This document shows, in pieces, positions 38,301-52,010 of a stretch of DNA of 64,000 nucleotides. Source of the DNA: the human T2T-CHM13v2.0 reference genome, Homo sapiens. The first letter of the stretch is position 1, and each line of letters begins with the position of its first letter. A model generated the notes under the pieces. That model searched no databases. It had not been told where the DNA came from and saw nothing but the letters and a program-made list of their open reading frames with translations. Location of the stretch: assembly GCF_009914755.1 (NCBI RefSeq), contig NC_060937.1, one strand, 5' to 3'. The position numbers and the translations under genes are program-made.

Positions 38301-41300
38301 AAAGTAGTTTCTGAGAGGGCTTCTGTCTAGATTTTAGATGATGATATTCCCGTTTCCAACGAAATCATTAGAGCTATCCAAATATCCACTTACAGTTTCT
38401 ACAAAAAGAGTGTTTCCAAACTGCTGCATCAAAAGAGAGGTTCCACTCTGTTAGCTGAGTACACACATCACAAACTTGTTTCTCAGAATCCTTCTGTGTC
38501 GTTTTTATGGGAAGATATTTACTTTTTCACCGTAGGCATCAAAGCGCTCCAAATGTCCACATCCAGATACTCCAGAAAGAGTGTTTCAAACCTGCTCTAT
38601 GAAAGGGAATCTTCAACTCTATGAGTTGAATGCAGACATCAGAAAGAAATTTCTGAGAATGCTGCTGTCTACCTTTTATTTGAATTCCCGCTTCCAACGA
38701 AATCCTCCAAGCTATCCAAATATCCACTTGCAGATTCCACAAAAAGAGTGTTTCAAAACTGCTCTCTATCAATGGCAAAGTTCAACTCTGTTAGTTGAGG
38801 ACACATATCACCAACAAGTTTCTGAGAATGCTTCTGTCTATTTTTTATGGGAAGATATTTCCTTTTTCACCGTAGGCGTCAAGGCGATCGAAATGTCCAC
38901 TTCCACAAACTACAAAAAGAGTGTTTCAAACCTGCTCTACGAAAGGCCATGTTCATCTCTATGAGTCGAATGGAAATATCCGAAAGAAATTTCTGGGAAT
39001 GCTGCTGTCTAGTTTTTATACGAATTCCCGCTTCCAACGAAATCCTCAAAGCAATCCAAATATCCACTTGCAGAATCCACAAAAAGAGTGTTTCAAAACT
39101 GCTCTATCAATAGAAAGGTTCAACTCTTTTAGTTGAGTACACACATCACAAACAAGTTTCTGAGAATGCTTCTGTCTGGCTTTTATTGGAAGACGTTTCC
39201 TTTTCACCAAAGGCATCAAAGCGCTCCAAATGTCCACTTCCAGATTCTTCCAAAAGAGTGTTTGAAACGTGCTCAAAGTAAGGGAATGTTCAACTCTGTG
39301 ACTTGAATGCAGATATCACCAAGTAGTTTCTAATAGTGCTTCTGTCTAGATTTTAGATGATGATATTCCCGTTTCCAACGAAATCGTTAGAGCTATCCAA
39401 ATATCCACTTACAGTTTCTACAAAAAGAGTGTTTCCAAACTGCTGCATCAAAAGAAAGGTTCAACTCTGTTAGTTGAGGACACACATCACAAAGAAGTTT
39501 GTGAGAATGCTTCTGTCTAGATTTTGTATGACCATATTCCCTTTTCCAGCGATATCATTAAAGCAATCTAAATATCCATTTGCAGAATCCACAAAAATAG
39601 AGTTTCAAAGCTGCTCTGTAAAAAGAAAGGTTCCACTCTGTTAGCTGAGTACACACATCACAAACTTGTTTCTGAGAATCCTTCTGTCTCGTTTTTATGG
39701 GAAGATATTTACTTTTTCACCGTAGGCATCAAAGCGCTCCAAATGTCCACATCCAGATACTCCAGAAAGAGTGTTTCAAACCTGCTCTATGAAAGGGAAT
39801 CTTCAACTCTATGAGTTGAATGCAGACATCAGAAAGAAATTTCTGAGAATGCTGCTGTCTACCTTTTATTTGAATTCCCGCTTCCAACGAAATCCTCCAA
39901 GCTATCCAAATATCCACCTGCATTTTCCACAAAAAGAGCGTTTCAAAACTGCTCTATCAATAGAAATGTTCAACTCCTTTGGCTGGGTACACACATCACA
40001 AACAAGTTTCTGAGAATGCTTCTGTCTAGTTTTTATGGGAAGACATTCCCTTTTTCACCAAAGGCATCAAAGCGCTCCAAATGTCCACTTCCAGACACTA
40101 CAAAAAGAGTGTTTCCAACGTGCTCTAAGAAAGCGAATGTTCAACTCTGTGACTTGAATGCAGATATCACAAAGTAGTTTCTGAGAGGGCTTCTGTCTAG
40201 ATTTTAGATGATGATATTCCCGTTTCCAACGAAATCATTAGAGCTATCCAAATATCCACTTACAGTTTCTACAAAAAGAGTGTTTCCAAACTGCTGCATC
40301 AAAAGAGAGGTTCCACTCTGTTAGCTGAGTACACACATCACAAACTTGTTTCTCAGAATCCTTCTGTCTCGTTTTTCTGGGAAGATATTTACTTTTTCAC
40401 CGTAGGCATCAAAGCGCTCCAAATGTCCACATCCAGATACTCCAGAAAGAGTGTTTCAAACCTGCTCTATGAAAGGGAATCTTCAACTCTATGAGTTGAA
40501 TGCAGACATCAGAAAGAAATTTCTGAGAATGCTGCTGTCTACCTTTTATTTGAATTCCCGCTTCCAACGAAATCCTCCAAGCTATCCAAATATCCACTTG
40601 CAGATTCCACAAAAAGAGTGTTTCAAAACTGCTCTCTATCAATGGCAAAGTTCAACTCTGTTAGTTGAGGACACATATCACCAACAAGTTTCTGAGAATG
40701 CTTCTGTCTATTTTTTATGGGAAGATATTTCCTTTTTCACCGTAGGCGTCAAGGCGATCGAAATGTCCACTTCCACAAACTACAAAAAGAGTGTTTCAAA
40801 CCTGCTCTATGAAAGGCCATGTTCATCTCTATGAGTCGAATGGAAATATCCGAAAGAAATTTCTGGGAATGCTGCTGTCTAGTTTTTATACGAATTCCCG
40901 CTTCCAACGAAATCCTCAAAGCAATCCAAATATCCACTTGCAGAATCCACAAAAAGAGTGTTTCAAAACTGCTCTATCAATAGAAAGGTTCAACTCTTTT
41001 AGTTGAGTACACACATCACAAACAAGTTTCTGAGAATGCTTCTGTCTGGCTTTTATTGGAAGACGTTTCCTTTTCACCAAAGGCATCAAAGCGCTCCAAA
41101 TGTCCACTTCCAGATTCTTCCAAAAGAGTGTTTGAAACGTGCTCAAAGTAAGGGAATGTTCAACTCTGTGACTTGAATGCAGATATCACCAAGTAGTTTC
41201 TAATAGTGCTTCTGTCTAGATTTTAGATGATGATATTCCCGTTTCCAACGAAATCGTTAGAGCTATCCAAATATCCACTTACAGTTGCTACAAAAACAGT

Positions 41301-44300
41301 GTTTCCAAACTGCTGCATCAAAAGAAAGGTTCAACTCTGTTAGTTGAGGACACACGTCACAAAGAAGTTTGTGAGAATGCTTCTGTCTAGATTTTGTATG
41401 ACGATATTCCCTTTTCCAACGATATCGTTAAAGCAATCTAAATATCCATTTGCAGAATCCACAAAAATAGAGTTTCAAAGCTGCTCTGTAAAAAGAAAGG
41501 TTCCACTCTGTTAGCTGAGTACACACATCACAAACTTGTTTCTCAGAATCCTTCTGTCTCGTTTTTATGGGAAGATATTTACTTTTTCACCGTAGGCATC
41601 AAAGCGCTCCAAATGTCCACATCCAGATACTCCAGAAAGAGTGTTTCAAACCTGCTCTATGAAAGGGAATCTTCAACTCTATGAGTTGAATGCAGACATC
41701 AGAAAGAAATTTCTGAGAATGCTGCTGTCTACCTTTTATTTGAATTCCCGCTTCCAACGAAATCCTCCAAGCTATCCAAATATCCACTTGCAGATTCCAC
41801 AAAAAGAGTGTTTCAAAACTGCTCTCTATCAATGGCAAAGTTCAACTCTGTTAGTTGAGGACACATATCACCAACAAGTTTCTGAGAATGCTTCTGTCTA
41901 TTTTTTATGGGAAGATATTTCCTTTTTCACCGTAGGCGTCAAGGCGATCGAAATGTCCACTTCCACAAACTACAAAAAGAGTGTTTCAAACCTGCTCTAT
42001 GAAAGGCCATGTTCATCTCTATGAGTCGAATGGAAATATCCGAAAGAAATTTCTGGGAATGCTGCTGTCTAGTTTTTATACGAATTCCCGCTTCCAACGA
42101 AATCCTCAAAGCAATCCAAATATCCACTTGCAGAATCCACAAAAAGAGTGTTTCAAAACTGCTCTATCAATAGAAAGGTTCAACTCTTTTAGTTGAGTAC
42201 ACACATCACAAACAAGTTTCTGAGAATGCTTCTGTCTGGCTTTTATTGGAAGACGTTTCCTTTTCACCAAAGGCATCAAAGCGCTCCAAATGTCCACTTC
42301 CAGATTCTTCCAAAAGAGTGTTTGAAACGTGCTCAAAGTAAGGGAATGTTCAACTCTGTGACTTGAATGCAGATATCACCAAGTAGTTTCTAATAGTGCT
42401 TCTGTCTAGATTTTAGATGATGATATTCCCGTTTCCAACGAAATCGTTAGAGCTATCCAAATATCCACTTACAGTTTCTACAAAAAGAGTGTTTCCAAAC
42501 TGCTGCATCAAAAGAAAGGTTCAACTCTGTTAGTTGAGGACACACGTCACAAAGAAGTTTGTGAGAATGCTTCTGTCTAGATTTTGTATGACGATATTCC
42601 CTTTTCCAACGATATCGTTAAAGCAATCTAAATATCCATTTGCAGAATCCACAAAAATAGAGTTTCAAAGCTGCTCTGTAAAAAGAAAGGTTCCACTCTG
42701 TTAGCTGAGTACACACATCACAAACTTGTTTCTCAGAATCCTTCTGTCTCGTTTTTCTGGGAAGATATTTACTTTTTCACCGTAGGCATCAAAGCGCTCC
42801 AAATGTCCACATCCAGATACTCCAGAAAGAGTGTTTCAAACCTGCTCTATGAAAGGGAATCTTCAACTCTATGAGTTGAATGCAGACATCAGAAAGAAAT
42901 TTCTGAGAATGCTGCTGTCTACCTTTTATTTGAATTCCCGCTTCCAACGAAATCCTCCAAGCTATCCAAATATCCACTTGCAGATTCCACAAAAAGAGTG
43001 TTTCAAAACTGCTCTCTATCAATGGCAAAGTTCAACTCTGTTAGTTGAGGACACATATCACCAACAAGTTTCTGAGAATGCTTCTGTCTATTTTTTATGG
43101 GAAGATATTTCCTTTTTCACCGTAGGCGTCAAGGCGATCGAAATGTCCACTTCCACAAACTACAAAAAGAGTGTTTCAAACCTGCTCTATGAAAGGCCAT
43201 GTTCATCTCTATGAGTCGAATGGAAATATCCGAAAGAAATTTCTGGGAATGCTGCTGTCTAGTTTTTATACGAATTCCCGCTTCCAACGAAATCCTCAAA
43301 GCAATCCAAATATCCACTTGCAGAATCCACAAAAAGAGTGTTTCAAAACTGCTCTATCAATAGAAAGGTTCAACTCTTTTAGTTGAGTACACACATCACA
43401 AACAAGTTTCTGAGAATGCTTCTGTCTGGCTTTTATTGGAAGACGTTTCCTTTTCACCAAAGGCATCAAAGCGCTCCAAATGTCCACTTCCAGATTCTTC
43501 CAAAAGAGTGTTTGAAACGTGCTCAAAGTAAGGGAATGTTCAACTCTGTGACTTGAATGCAGATATCACCAAGTAGTTTCTAATAGTGCTTCTGTCTAGA
43601 TTTTAGATGATGATATTCCCGTTTCCAACGAAATCGTTAGAGCTATCCAAATATCCACTTACAGTTTCTACAAAAAGAGTGTTTCCAAACTGCTGCATCA
43701 AAAGAAAGGTTCAACTCTGTTAGTTGAGGACACACATCACAAAGAAGTTTGTGAGAATGCTTCTGTCTAGATTTTGTATGACCATATTCCCTTTTCCAGC
43801 GATATCATTAAAGCAATCTAAATATCCATTTGCAGAATCCACAAAAATAGAGTTTCAAAGCTGCTCTGTAAAAAGAAAGGTTCCACTCTGTTAGCTGAGT
43901 ACACACATCACAAACTTGTTTCTCAGAATCCTTCTGTCTCGTTTTTATGGGAAGATATTTACTTTTTCACCGTAGGCATCAAAGCGCTCCAAATGTCCAC
44001 ATCCAGATACTCCAGAAAGAGTGTTTCAAACCTGCTCTATGAAAGGGAATCTTCAACTCTATGAGTTGAATGCAGACATCAGAAAGAAATTTCTGAGAAT
44101 GCTGCTGTCTACCTTTTATTTGAATTCCCGCTTCCAACGAAATCCTCCAAGCTATCCAAATATCCACCTGCATTTTCCACAAAAAGAGCGTTTCAAAACT
44201 GCTCTATCAATAGAAATGTTCAACTCCTTTGGCTGGGTACACACATCACAAACAAGTTTCTGAGAATGCTTCTGTCTAGTTTTTATGGGAAGACATTCCC

Positions 44301-47300
44301 TTTTTCACCAAAGGCATCAAAGCGCTCCAAATGTCCACTTCCAGACACTACAAAAAGAGTGTTTCCAACGTGCTCTAAGAAAGCGAATGTTCAACTCTGT
44401 GACTTGAATGCAGATATCACAAAGTAGTTTCTGAGAGGGCTTCTGTCTAGATTTTAGATGATGATATTCCCGTTTCCAACGAAATCATTAGAGCTATCCA
44501 AATATCCACTTACAGTTTCTACAAAAAGAGTGTTTCCAAACTGCTGCATCAAAAGAGAGGTTCCACTCTGTTAGCTGAGTACACACATCACAAACTTGTT
44601 TCTCAGAATCCTTCTGTCTCGTTTTTCTGGGAAGATATTTACTTTTTCACCGTAGGCATCAAAGCGCTCCAAATGTCCACATCCAGATACTCCAGAAAGA
44701 GTGTTTCAAACCTGCTCTATGAAAGGGAATCTTCAACTCTATGAGTTGAATGCAGACATCAGAAAGAAATTTCTGAGAATGCTGCTGTCTACCTTTTATT
44801 TGAATTCCCGCTTCCAACGAAATCCTCCAAGCTATCCAAATATCCACTTGCAGATTCCACAAAAAGAGTGTTTCAAAACTGCTCTCTATCAATGGCAAAG
44901 TTCAACTCTGTTAGTTGAGGACACATATCACCAACAAGTTTCTGAGAATGCTTCTGTCTATTTTTTATGGGAAGATATTTCCTTTTTCACCGTAGGCGTC
45001 AAGGCGATCGAAATGTCCACTTCCACAAACTACAAAAAGAGTGTTTCAAACCTGCTCTATGAAAGGCCATGTTCATCTCTATGAGTCGAATGGAAATATC
45101 CGAAAGAAATTTCTGGGAATGCTGCTGTCTAGTTTTTATACGAATTCCCGCTTCCAACGAAATCCTCAAAGCAATCCAAATATCCACTTGCAGAATCCAC
45201 AAAAAGAGTGTTTCAAAACTGCTCTATCAATAGAAAGGTTCAACTCTTTTAGTTGAGTACACACATCACAAACAAGTTTCTGAGAATGCTTCTGTCTGGC
45301 TTTTATTGGAAGACGTTTCCTTTTCACCAAAGGCATCAAAGCGCTCCAAATGTCCACTTCCAGATTCTTCCAAAAGAGTGTTTGAAACGTGCTCAAAGTA
45401 AGGGAATGTTCAACTCTGTGACTTGAATGCAGATATCACCAAGTAGTTTCTAATAGTGCTTCTGTCTAGATTTTAGATGATGATATTCCCGTTTCCAACG
45501 AAATCGTTAGAGCTATCCAAATATCCACTTACAGTTTCTACAAAAAGAGTGTTTCCAAACTGCTGCATCAAAAGAAAGGTTCAACTCTGTTAGTTGAGGA
45601 CACACATCACAAAGAAGTTTGTGAGAATGCTTCTGTCTAGATTTTGTATGACCATATTCCCTTTTCCAGCGATATCATTAAAGCAATCTAAATATCCATT
45701 TGCAGAATCCACAAAAATAGAGTTTCAAAGCTGCTCTGTAAAAAGAAAGGTTCCACTCTGTTAGCTGAGTACACACATCACAAACTTGTTTCTCAGAATC
45801 CTTCTGTCTCGTTTTTATGGGAAGATATTTACTTTTTCACCGTAGGCATCAAAGCGCTCCAAATGTCCACATCCAGATACTCCAGAAAGAGTGTTTCAAA
45901 CCTGCTCTATGAAAGGGAATCTTCAACTCTATGAGTTGAATGCAGACATCAGAAAGAAATTTCTGAGAATGCTGCTGTCTACCTTTTATTTGAACTCCCG
46001 CTTCCAACGAAATCCTCCAAGCTATCCAAATATCCACTTGCATTTTCCACAAAAAGAGTGCTTCAAAACTGCTCTATCAATAAATGTTCAACTCCTTTAG
46101 CTGGGTGCACACATCACAAACAAGTTTCTGAGAATGCTTCTGTCTAGTTTTTATGGGAAGACATTCCCTTTTTCACCAAAGGCATCAAAGCGCTCCAAAT
46201 GTCCACTTCCAGACACTACAAAAAGAGTGTTTCCAACGTGCTCTAAGAAAGCGAATGTTCAACTCTGTGACTTGAATGCAGATATCACAAAGTAGTTTCT
46301 GAGAGGGCTTCTGTCTAGATTTTAGATGATGATATTCCCGTTTCCAACGAAATCATTAGAGCTATCCAAATATCCACTTACAGTTTCTACAAAAAGAGTG
46401 TTTCCAAACTGCTGCATCAAAAGAGAGGTTCCACTCTGTTAGCTGAGTACACACATCACAAACTTGTTTCTGAGAATCCTTCTGTCTCGTTTTTCTGGGA
46501 AGATATTTACTTTTTCACCGTAGGCATCAAAGCGCTCCAAATGTCCACATCCAGATACTCCAGAAAGAGTGTTTCAAACCTGCTCTATGAAAGGGAATCT
46601 TCAACTCTATGAGTTGAATGCAGACATCAGAAAGAAATTTCTGAGAATGCTGCTGTCTACCTTTTATTTGAATTCCCGCTTCCAACGAAATCCTCCAAGC
46701 TATCCAAATATCCACTTGCAGATTCCACAAAAAGAGTGTTTCAAAACTGCTCTCTATCAATGGCAAAGTTCAACTCTGTTAGTTGAGGACACATATCACC
46801 AACAAGTTTCTGAGAATGCTTCTGTCTATTTTTTATGGGAAGATATTTCCTTTTTCACCGTAGGCGTCAAGGCGATCGAAATGTCCACTTCCACAAACTA
46901 CAAAAAGAGTGTTTCAAACCTGCTCTATGAAAGGCCATGTTCATCTCTATGAGTCGAATGGAAATATCCGAAAGAAATTTCTGGGAATGCTGCTGTCTAG
47001 TTTTTATACGAATTCCCGCTTCCAACGAAATCCTCAAAGCAATCCAAATATCCACTTGCAGAATCCACAAAAAGAGTGTTTCAAAACTGCTCTATCAATA
47101 GAAAGGTTCAACTCTTTTAGTTGAGTACACACATCACAAACAAGTTTCTGAGAATGCTTCTGTCTGGCTTTTATTGGAAGACGTTTCCTTTTCACCAAAG
47201 GCATCAAAGCGCTCCAAATGTCCACTTCCAGATTCTTCCAAAAGAGTGTTTGAAACGTGCTCAAAGTAAGGGAATGTTCAACTCTGTGACTTGAATGCAG

Positions 47301-50300
47301 ATATCACCAAGTAGTTTCTAATAGTGCTTCTGTCTAGATTTTAGATGATGATATTCCCGTTTCCAACGAAATCGTTAGAGCTATCCAAATATCCACTTAC
47401 AGTTGCTACAAAAAGAGTGTTTCCAAACTGCTGCATCAAAAGAAAGGTTCAACTCTGTTAGTTGAGGACACACATCACAAAGAAGTTTGTGAGAATGCTT
47501 CTGTCTAGATTTTGTATGACGATATTCCCTTTTCCAACGATATCGTTAAAGCAATCTAAATATCCATTTGCAGAATCCACAAAAATAGAGTTTCAAAGCT
47601 GCTCTGTAAAAAGAAAGGTTCCACTCTGTTAGCTGAGTACACACATCACAAACTTGTTTCTCAGAATCCTTCTGTCTCGTTTTTCTGGGAAGATATTTAC
47701 TTTTTCACCGTAGGCATCAAAGCGCTCCAAATGTCCACATCCAGATACTCCAGAAAGAGTGTTTCAAACCTGCTCTATGAAAGGGAATCTTCAACTCTAT
47801 GAGTTGAATGCAGACATCAGAAAGAAATTTCTGAGAATGCTGCTGTCTACCTTTTATTTGAATTCCCGCTTCCAACGAAATCCTCCAAGCTATCCAAATA
47901 TCCACTTGCAGATTCCACAAAAAGAGTGTTTCAAAACTGCTCTCTATCAATGGCAAAGTTCAACTCTGTTAGTTGAGGACACATATCACCAACAAGTTTC
48001 TGAGAATGCTTCTGTCTATTTTTTATGGGAAGATATTTCCTTTTTCACCGTAGGCGTCAAGGCGATCGAAATGTCCACTTCCACAAACTACAAAAAGAGT
48101 GTTTCAAACCTGCTCTATGAAAGGCCATGTTCATCTCTATGAGTCGAATGGAAATATCCGAAAGAAATTTCTGGGAATGCTGCTGTCTAGTTTTTATACG
48201 AATTCCCGCTTCCAACGAAATCCTCAAAGCAATCCAAATATCCACTTGCAGAATCCACAAAAAGAGTGTTTCAAAACTGCTCTATCAATAGAAAGGTTCA
48301 ACTCTTTTAGTTGAGTACACACATCACAAACAAGTTTCTGAGAATGCTTCTGTCTGGCTTTTATTGGAAGACGTTTCCTTTTCACCAAAGGCATCAAAGC
48401 GCTCCAAATGTCCACTTCCAGATTCTTCCAAAAGAGTGTTTGAAACGTGCTCAAAGTAAGGGAATGTTCAACTCTGTGACTTGAATGCAGATATCACCAA
48501 GTAGTTTCTAATAGTGCTTCTGTCTAGATTTTAGATGATGATATTCCCGTTTCCAACGAAATCGTTAGAGCTATCCAAATATCCACTTACAGTTTCTACA
48601 AAAAGAGTGTTTCCAAACTGCTGCATCAAAAGAAAGGTTCAACTCTGTTAGTTGAGGACACACATCACAAAGAAGTTTGTGAGAATGCTTCTGTCTAGAT
48701 TTTGTATGACCATATTCCCTTTTCCAGCGATATCATTAAAGCAATCTAAATATCCATTTGCAGAATCCACAAAAATAGAGTTTCAAAGCTGCTCTGTAAA
48801 AAGAAAGGTTCCACTCTGTTAGCTGAGTACACACATCACAAACTTGTTTCTCAGAATCCTTCTGTCTCGTTTTTATGGGAAGATATTTACTTTTTCACCG
48901 TAGGCATCAAAGCGCTCCAAATGTCCACATCCAGATACTCCAGAAAGAGTGTTTCAAACCTGCTCTATGAAAGGGAATCTTCAACTCTATGAGTTGAATG
49001 CAGACATCAGAAAGAAATTTCTGAGAATGCTGCTGTCTACCTTTTATTTGAATTCCCGCTTCCAACGAAATCCTCCAAGCTATCCAAATATCCACCTGCA
49101 TTTTCCACAAAAAGAGCGTTTCAAAACTGCTCTATCAATAGAAATGTTCAACTCCTTTGGCTGGGTACACACATCACAAACAAGTTTCTGAGAATGCTTC
49201 TGTCTAGTTTTTATGGGAAGACATTCCCTTTTTCACCAAAGGCATCAAAGCGCTCCAAATGTCCACTTCCAGACACTACAAAAAGAGTGTTTCCAACGTG
49301 CTCTAAGAAAGCGAATGTTCAACTCTGTGACTTGAATGCAGATATCACAAAGTAGTTTCTGAGAGGGCTTCTGTCTAGATTTTAGATGATGATATTCCCG
49401 TTTCCAACGAAATCATTAGAGCTATCCAAATATCCACTTACAGTTTCTACAAAAAGAGTGTTTCCAAACTGCTGCATCAAAAGAGAGGTTCCACTCTGTT
49501 AGCTGAGTACACACATCACAAACTTGTTTCTCAGAATCCTTCTGTCTCGTTTTTCTGGGAAGATATTTACTTTTTCACCGTAGGCATCAAAGCGCTCCAA
49601 ATGTCCACATCCAGATACTCCAGAAAGAGTGTTTCAAACCTGCTCTATGAAAGGGAATCTTCAACTCTATGAGTTGAATGCAGACATCAGAAAGAAATTT
49701 CTGAGAATGCTGCTGTCTACCTTTTATTTGAATTCCCGCTTCCAACGAAATCCTCCAAGCTATCCAAATATCCACTTGCAGATTCCACAAAAAGAGTGTT
49801 TCAAAACTGCTCTCTATCAATGGCAAAGTTCAACTCTGTTAGTTGAGGACACATATCACCAACAAGTTTCTGAGAATGCTTCTGTCTATTTTTTATGGGA
49901 AGATATTTCCTTTTTCACCGTAGGCGTCAAGGCGATCGAAATGTCCACTTCCACAAACTACAAAAAGAGTGTTTCAAACCTGCTCTATGAAAGGCCATGT
50001 TCATCTCTATGAGTCGAATGGAAATATCCGAAAGAAATTTCTGGGAATGCTGCTGTCTAGTTTTTATACGAATTCCCGCTTCCAACGAAATCCTCAAAGC
50101 AATCCAAATATCCACTTGCAGAATCCACAAAAAGAGTGTTTCAAAACTGCTCTATCAATAGAAAGGTTCAACTCTTTTAGTTGAGTACACACATCACAAA
50201 CAAGTTTCTGAGAATGCTTCTGTCTGGCTTTTATTGGAAGACGTTTCCTTTTCACCAAAGGCATCAAAGCGCTCCAAATGTCCACTTCCAGATTCTTCCA

Positions 50301-52010
50301 AAAGAGTGTTTGAAACGTGCTCAAAGTAAGGGAATGTTCAACTCTGTGACTTGAATGCAGATATCACCAAGTAGTTTCTAATAGTGCTTCTGTCTAGATT
50401 TTAGATGATGATATTCCCGTTTCCAACGAAATCGTTAGAGCTATCCAAATATCCACTTACAGTTTCTACAAAAAGAGTGTTTCCAAACTGCTGCATCAAA
50501 AGAAAGGTTCAACTCTGTTAGTTGAGGACACACATCACAAAGAAGTTTGTGAGAATGCTTCTGTCTAGATTTTGTATGACCATATTCCCTTTTCCAGCGA
50601 TATCATTAAAGCAATCTAAATATCCATTTGCAGAATCCACAAAAATAGAGTTTCAAAGCTGCTCTGTAAAAAGAAAGGTTCCACTCTGTTAGCTGAGTAC
50701 ACACATCACAAACTTGTTTCTCAGAATCCTTCTGTCTCGTTTTTATGGGAAGATATTTACTTTTTCACCGTAGGCATCAAAGCGCTCCAAATGTCCACAT
50801 CCAGATACTCCAGAAAGAGTGTTTCAAACCTGCTCTATGAAAGGGAATCTTCAACTCTATGAGTTGAATGCAGACATCAGAAAGAAATTTCTGAGAATGC
50901 TGCTGTCTACCTTTTATTTGAATTCCCGCTTCCAACGAAATCCTCCAAGCTATCCAAATATCCACCTGCATTTTCCACAAAAAGAGCGTTTCAAAACTGC
51001 TCTATCAATAGAAATGTTCAACTCCTTTGGCTGGGTACACACATCACAAACAAGTTTCTGAGAATGCTTCTGTCTAGTTTTTATGGGAAGACATTCCCTT
51101 TTTCACCAAAGGCATCAAAGCGCTCCAAATGTCCACTTCCAGACACTACAAAAAGAGTGTTTCCAACGTGCTCTAAGAAAGCGAATGTTCAACTCTGTGA
51201 CTTGAATGCAGATATCACAAAGTAGTTTCTGAGAGGGCTTCTGTCTAGATTTTAGATGATGATATTCCCGTTTCCAACGAAATCATTAGAGCTATCCAAA
51301 TATCCACTTACAGTTTCTACAAAAAGAGTGTTTCCAAACTGCTGCATCAAAAGAGAGGTTCCACTCTGTTAGCTGAGTACACACATCACAAACTTGTTTC
51401 TCAGAATCCTTCTGTCTCGTTTTTATGGGAAGATATTTACTTTTTCACCGTAGGCATCAAAGCGCTCCAAATGTCCACATCCAGATACTCCAGAAAGAGT
51501 GTTTCAAACCTGCTCTATGAAAGGGAATCTTCAACTCTATGAGTTGAATGCAGACATCAGAAAGAAATTTCTGAGAATGCTGCTGTCTACCTTTTATTTG
51601 AATTCCCGCTTCCAACGAAATCCTCCAAGCTATCCAAATATCCACTTGCAGATTCCACAAAAAGAGTGTTTCAAAACTGCTCTCTATCAATGGCAAAGTT
51701 CAACTCTGTTAGTTGAGGACACATATCACCAACAAGTTTCTGAGAATGCTTCTGTCTATTTTTTATGGGAAGATATTTCCTTTTTCACCGTAGGCGTCAA
51801 GGCGATCGAAATGTCCACTTCCACAAACTACAAAAAGAGTGTTTCAAACCTGCTCTATGAAAGGCCATGTTCATCTCTATGAGTCGAATGGAAATATCCG
51901 AAAGAAATTTCTGGGAATGCTGCTGTCTAGTTTTTATACGAATTCCCGCTTCCAACGAAATCCTCAAAGCAATCCAAATATCCACTTGCAGAATCCACAA
52001 AAAGAGTGTT
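35355..52010 (-). repeat. U25 A (35355-37224), U26 B (-39092), U27 A (-40962), U28-29 S (-43342), U30 A (-45212), U31 B (-47080), U32 S (-48270), U33-34 A (-52010)
   Basis: Unit lengths come from the recurrence of the unit-start motif and the ORF spacing. Confidence 0.95.
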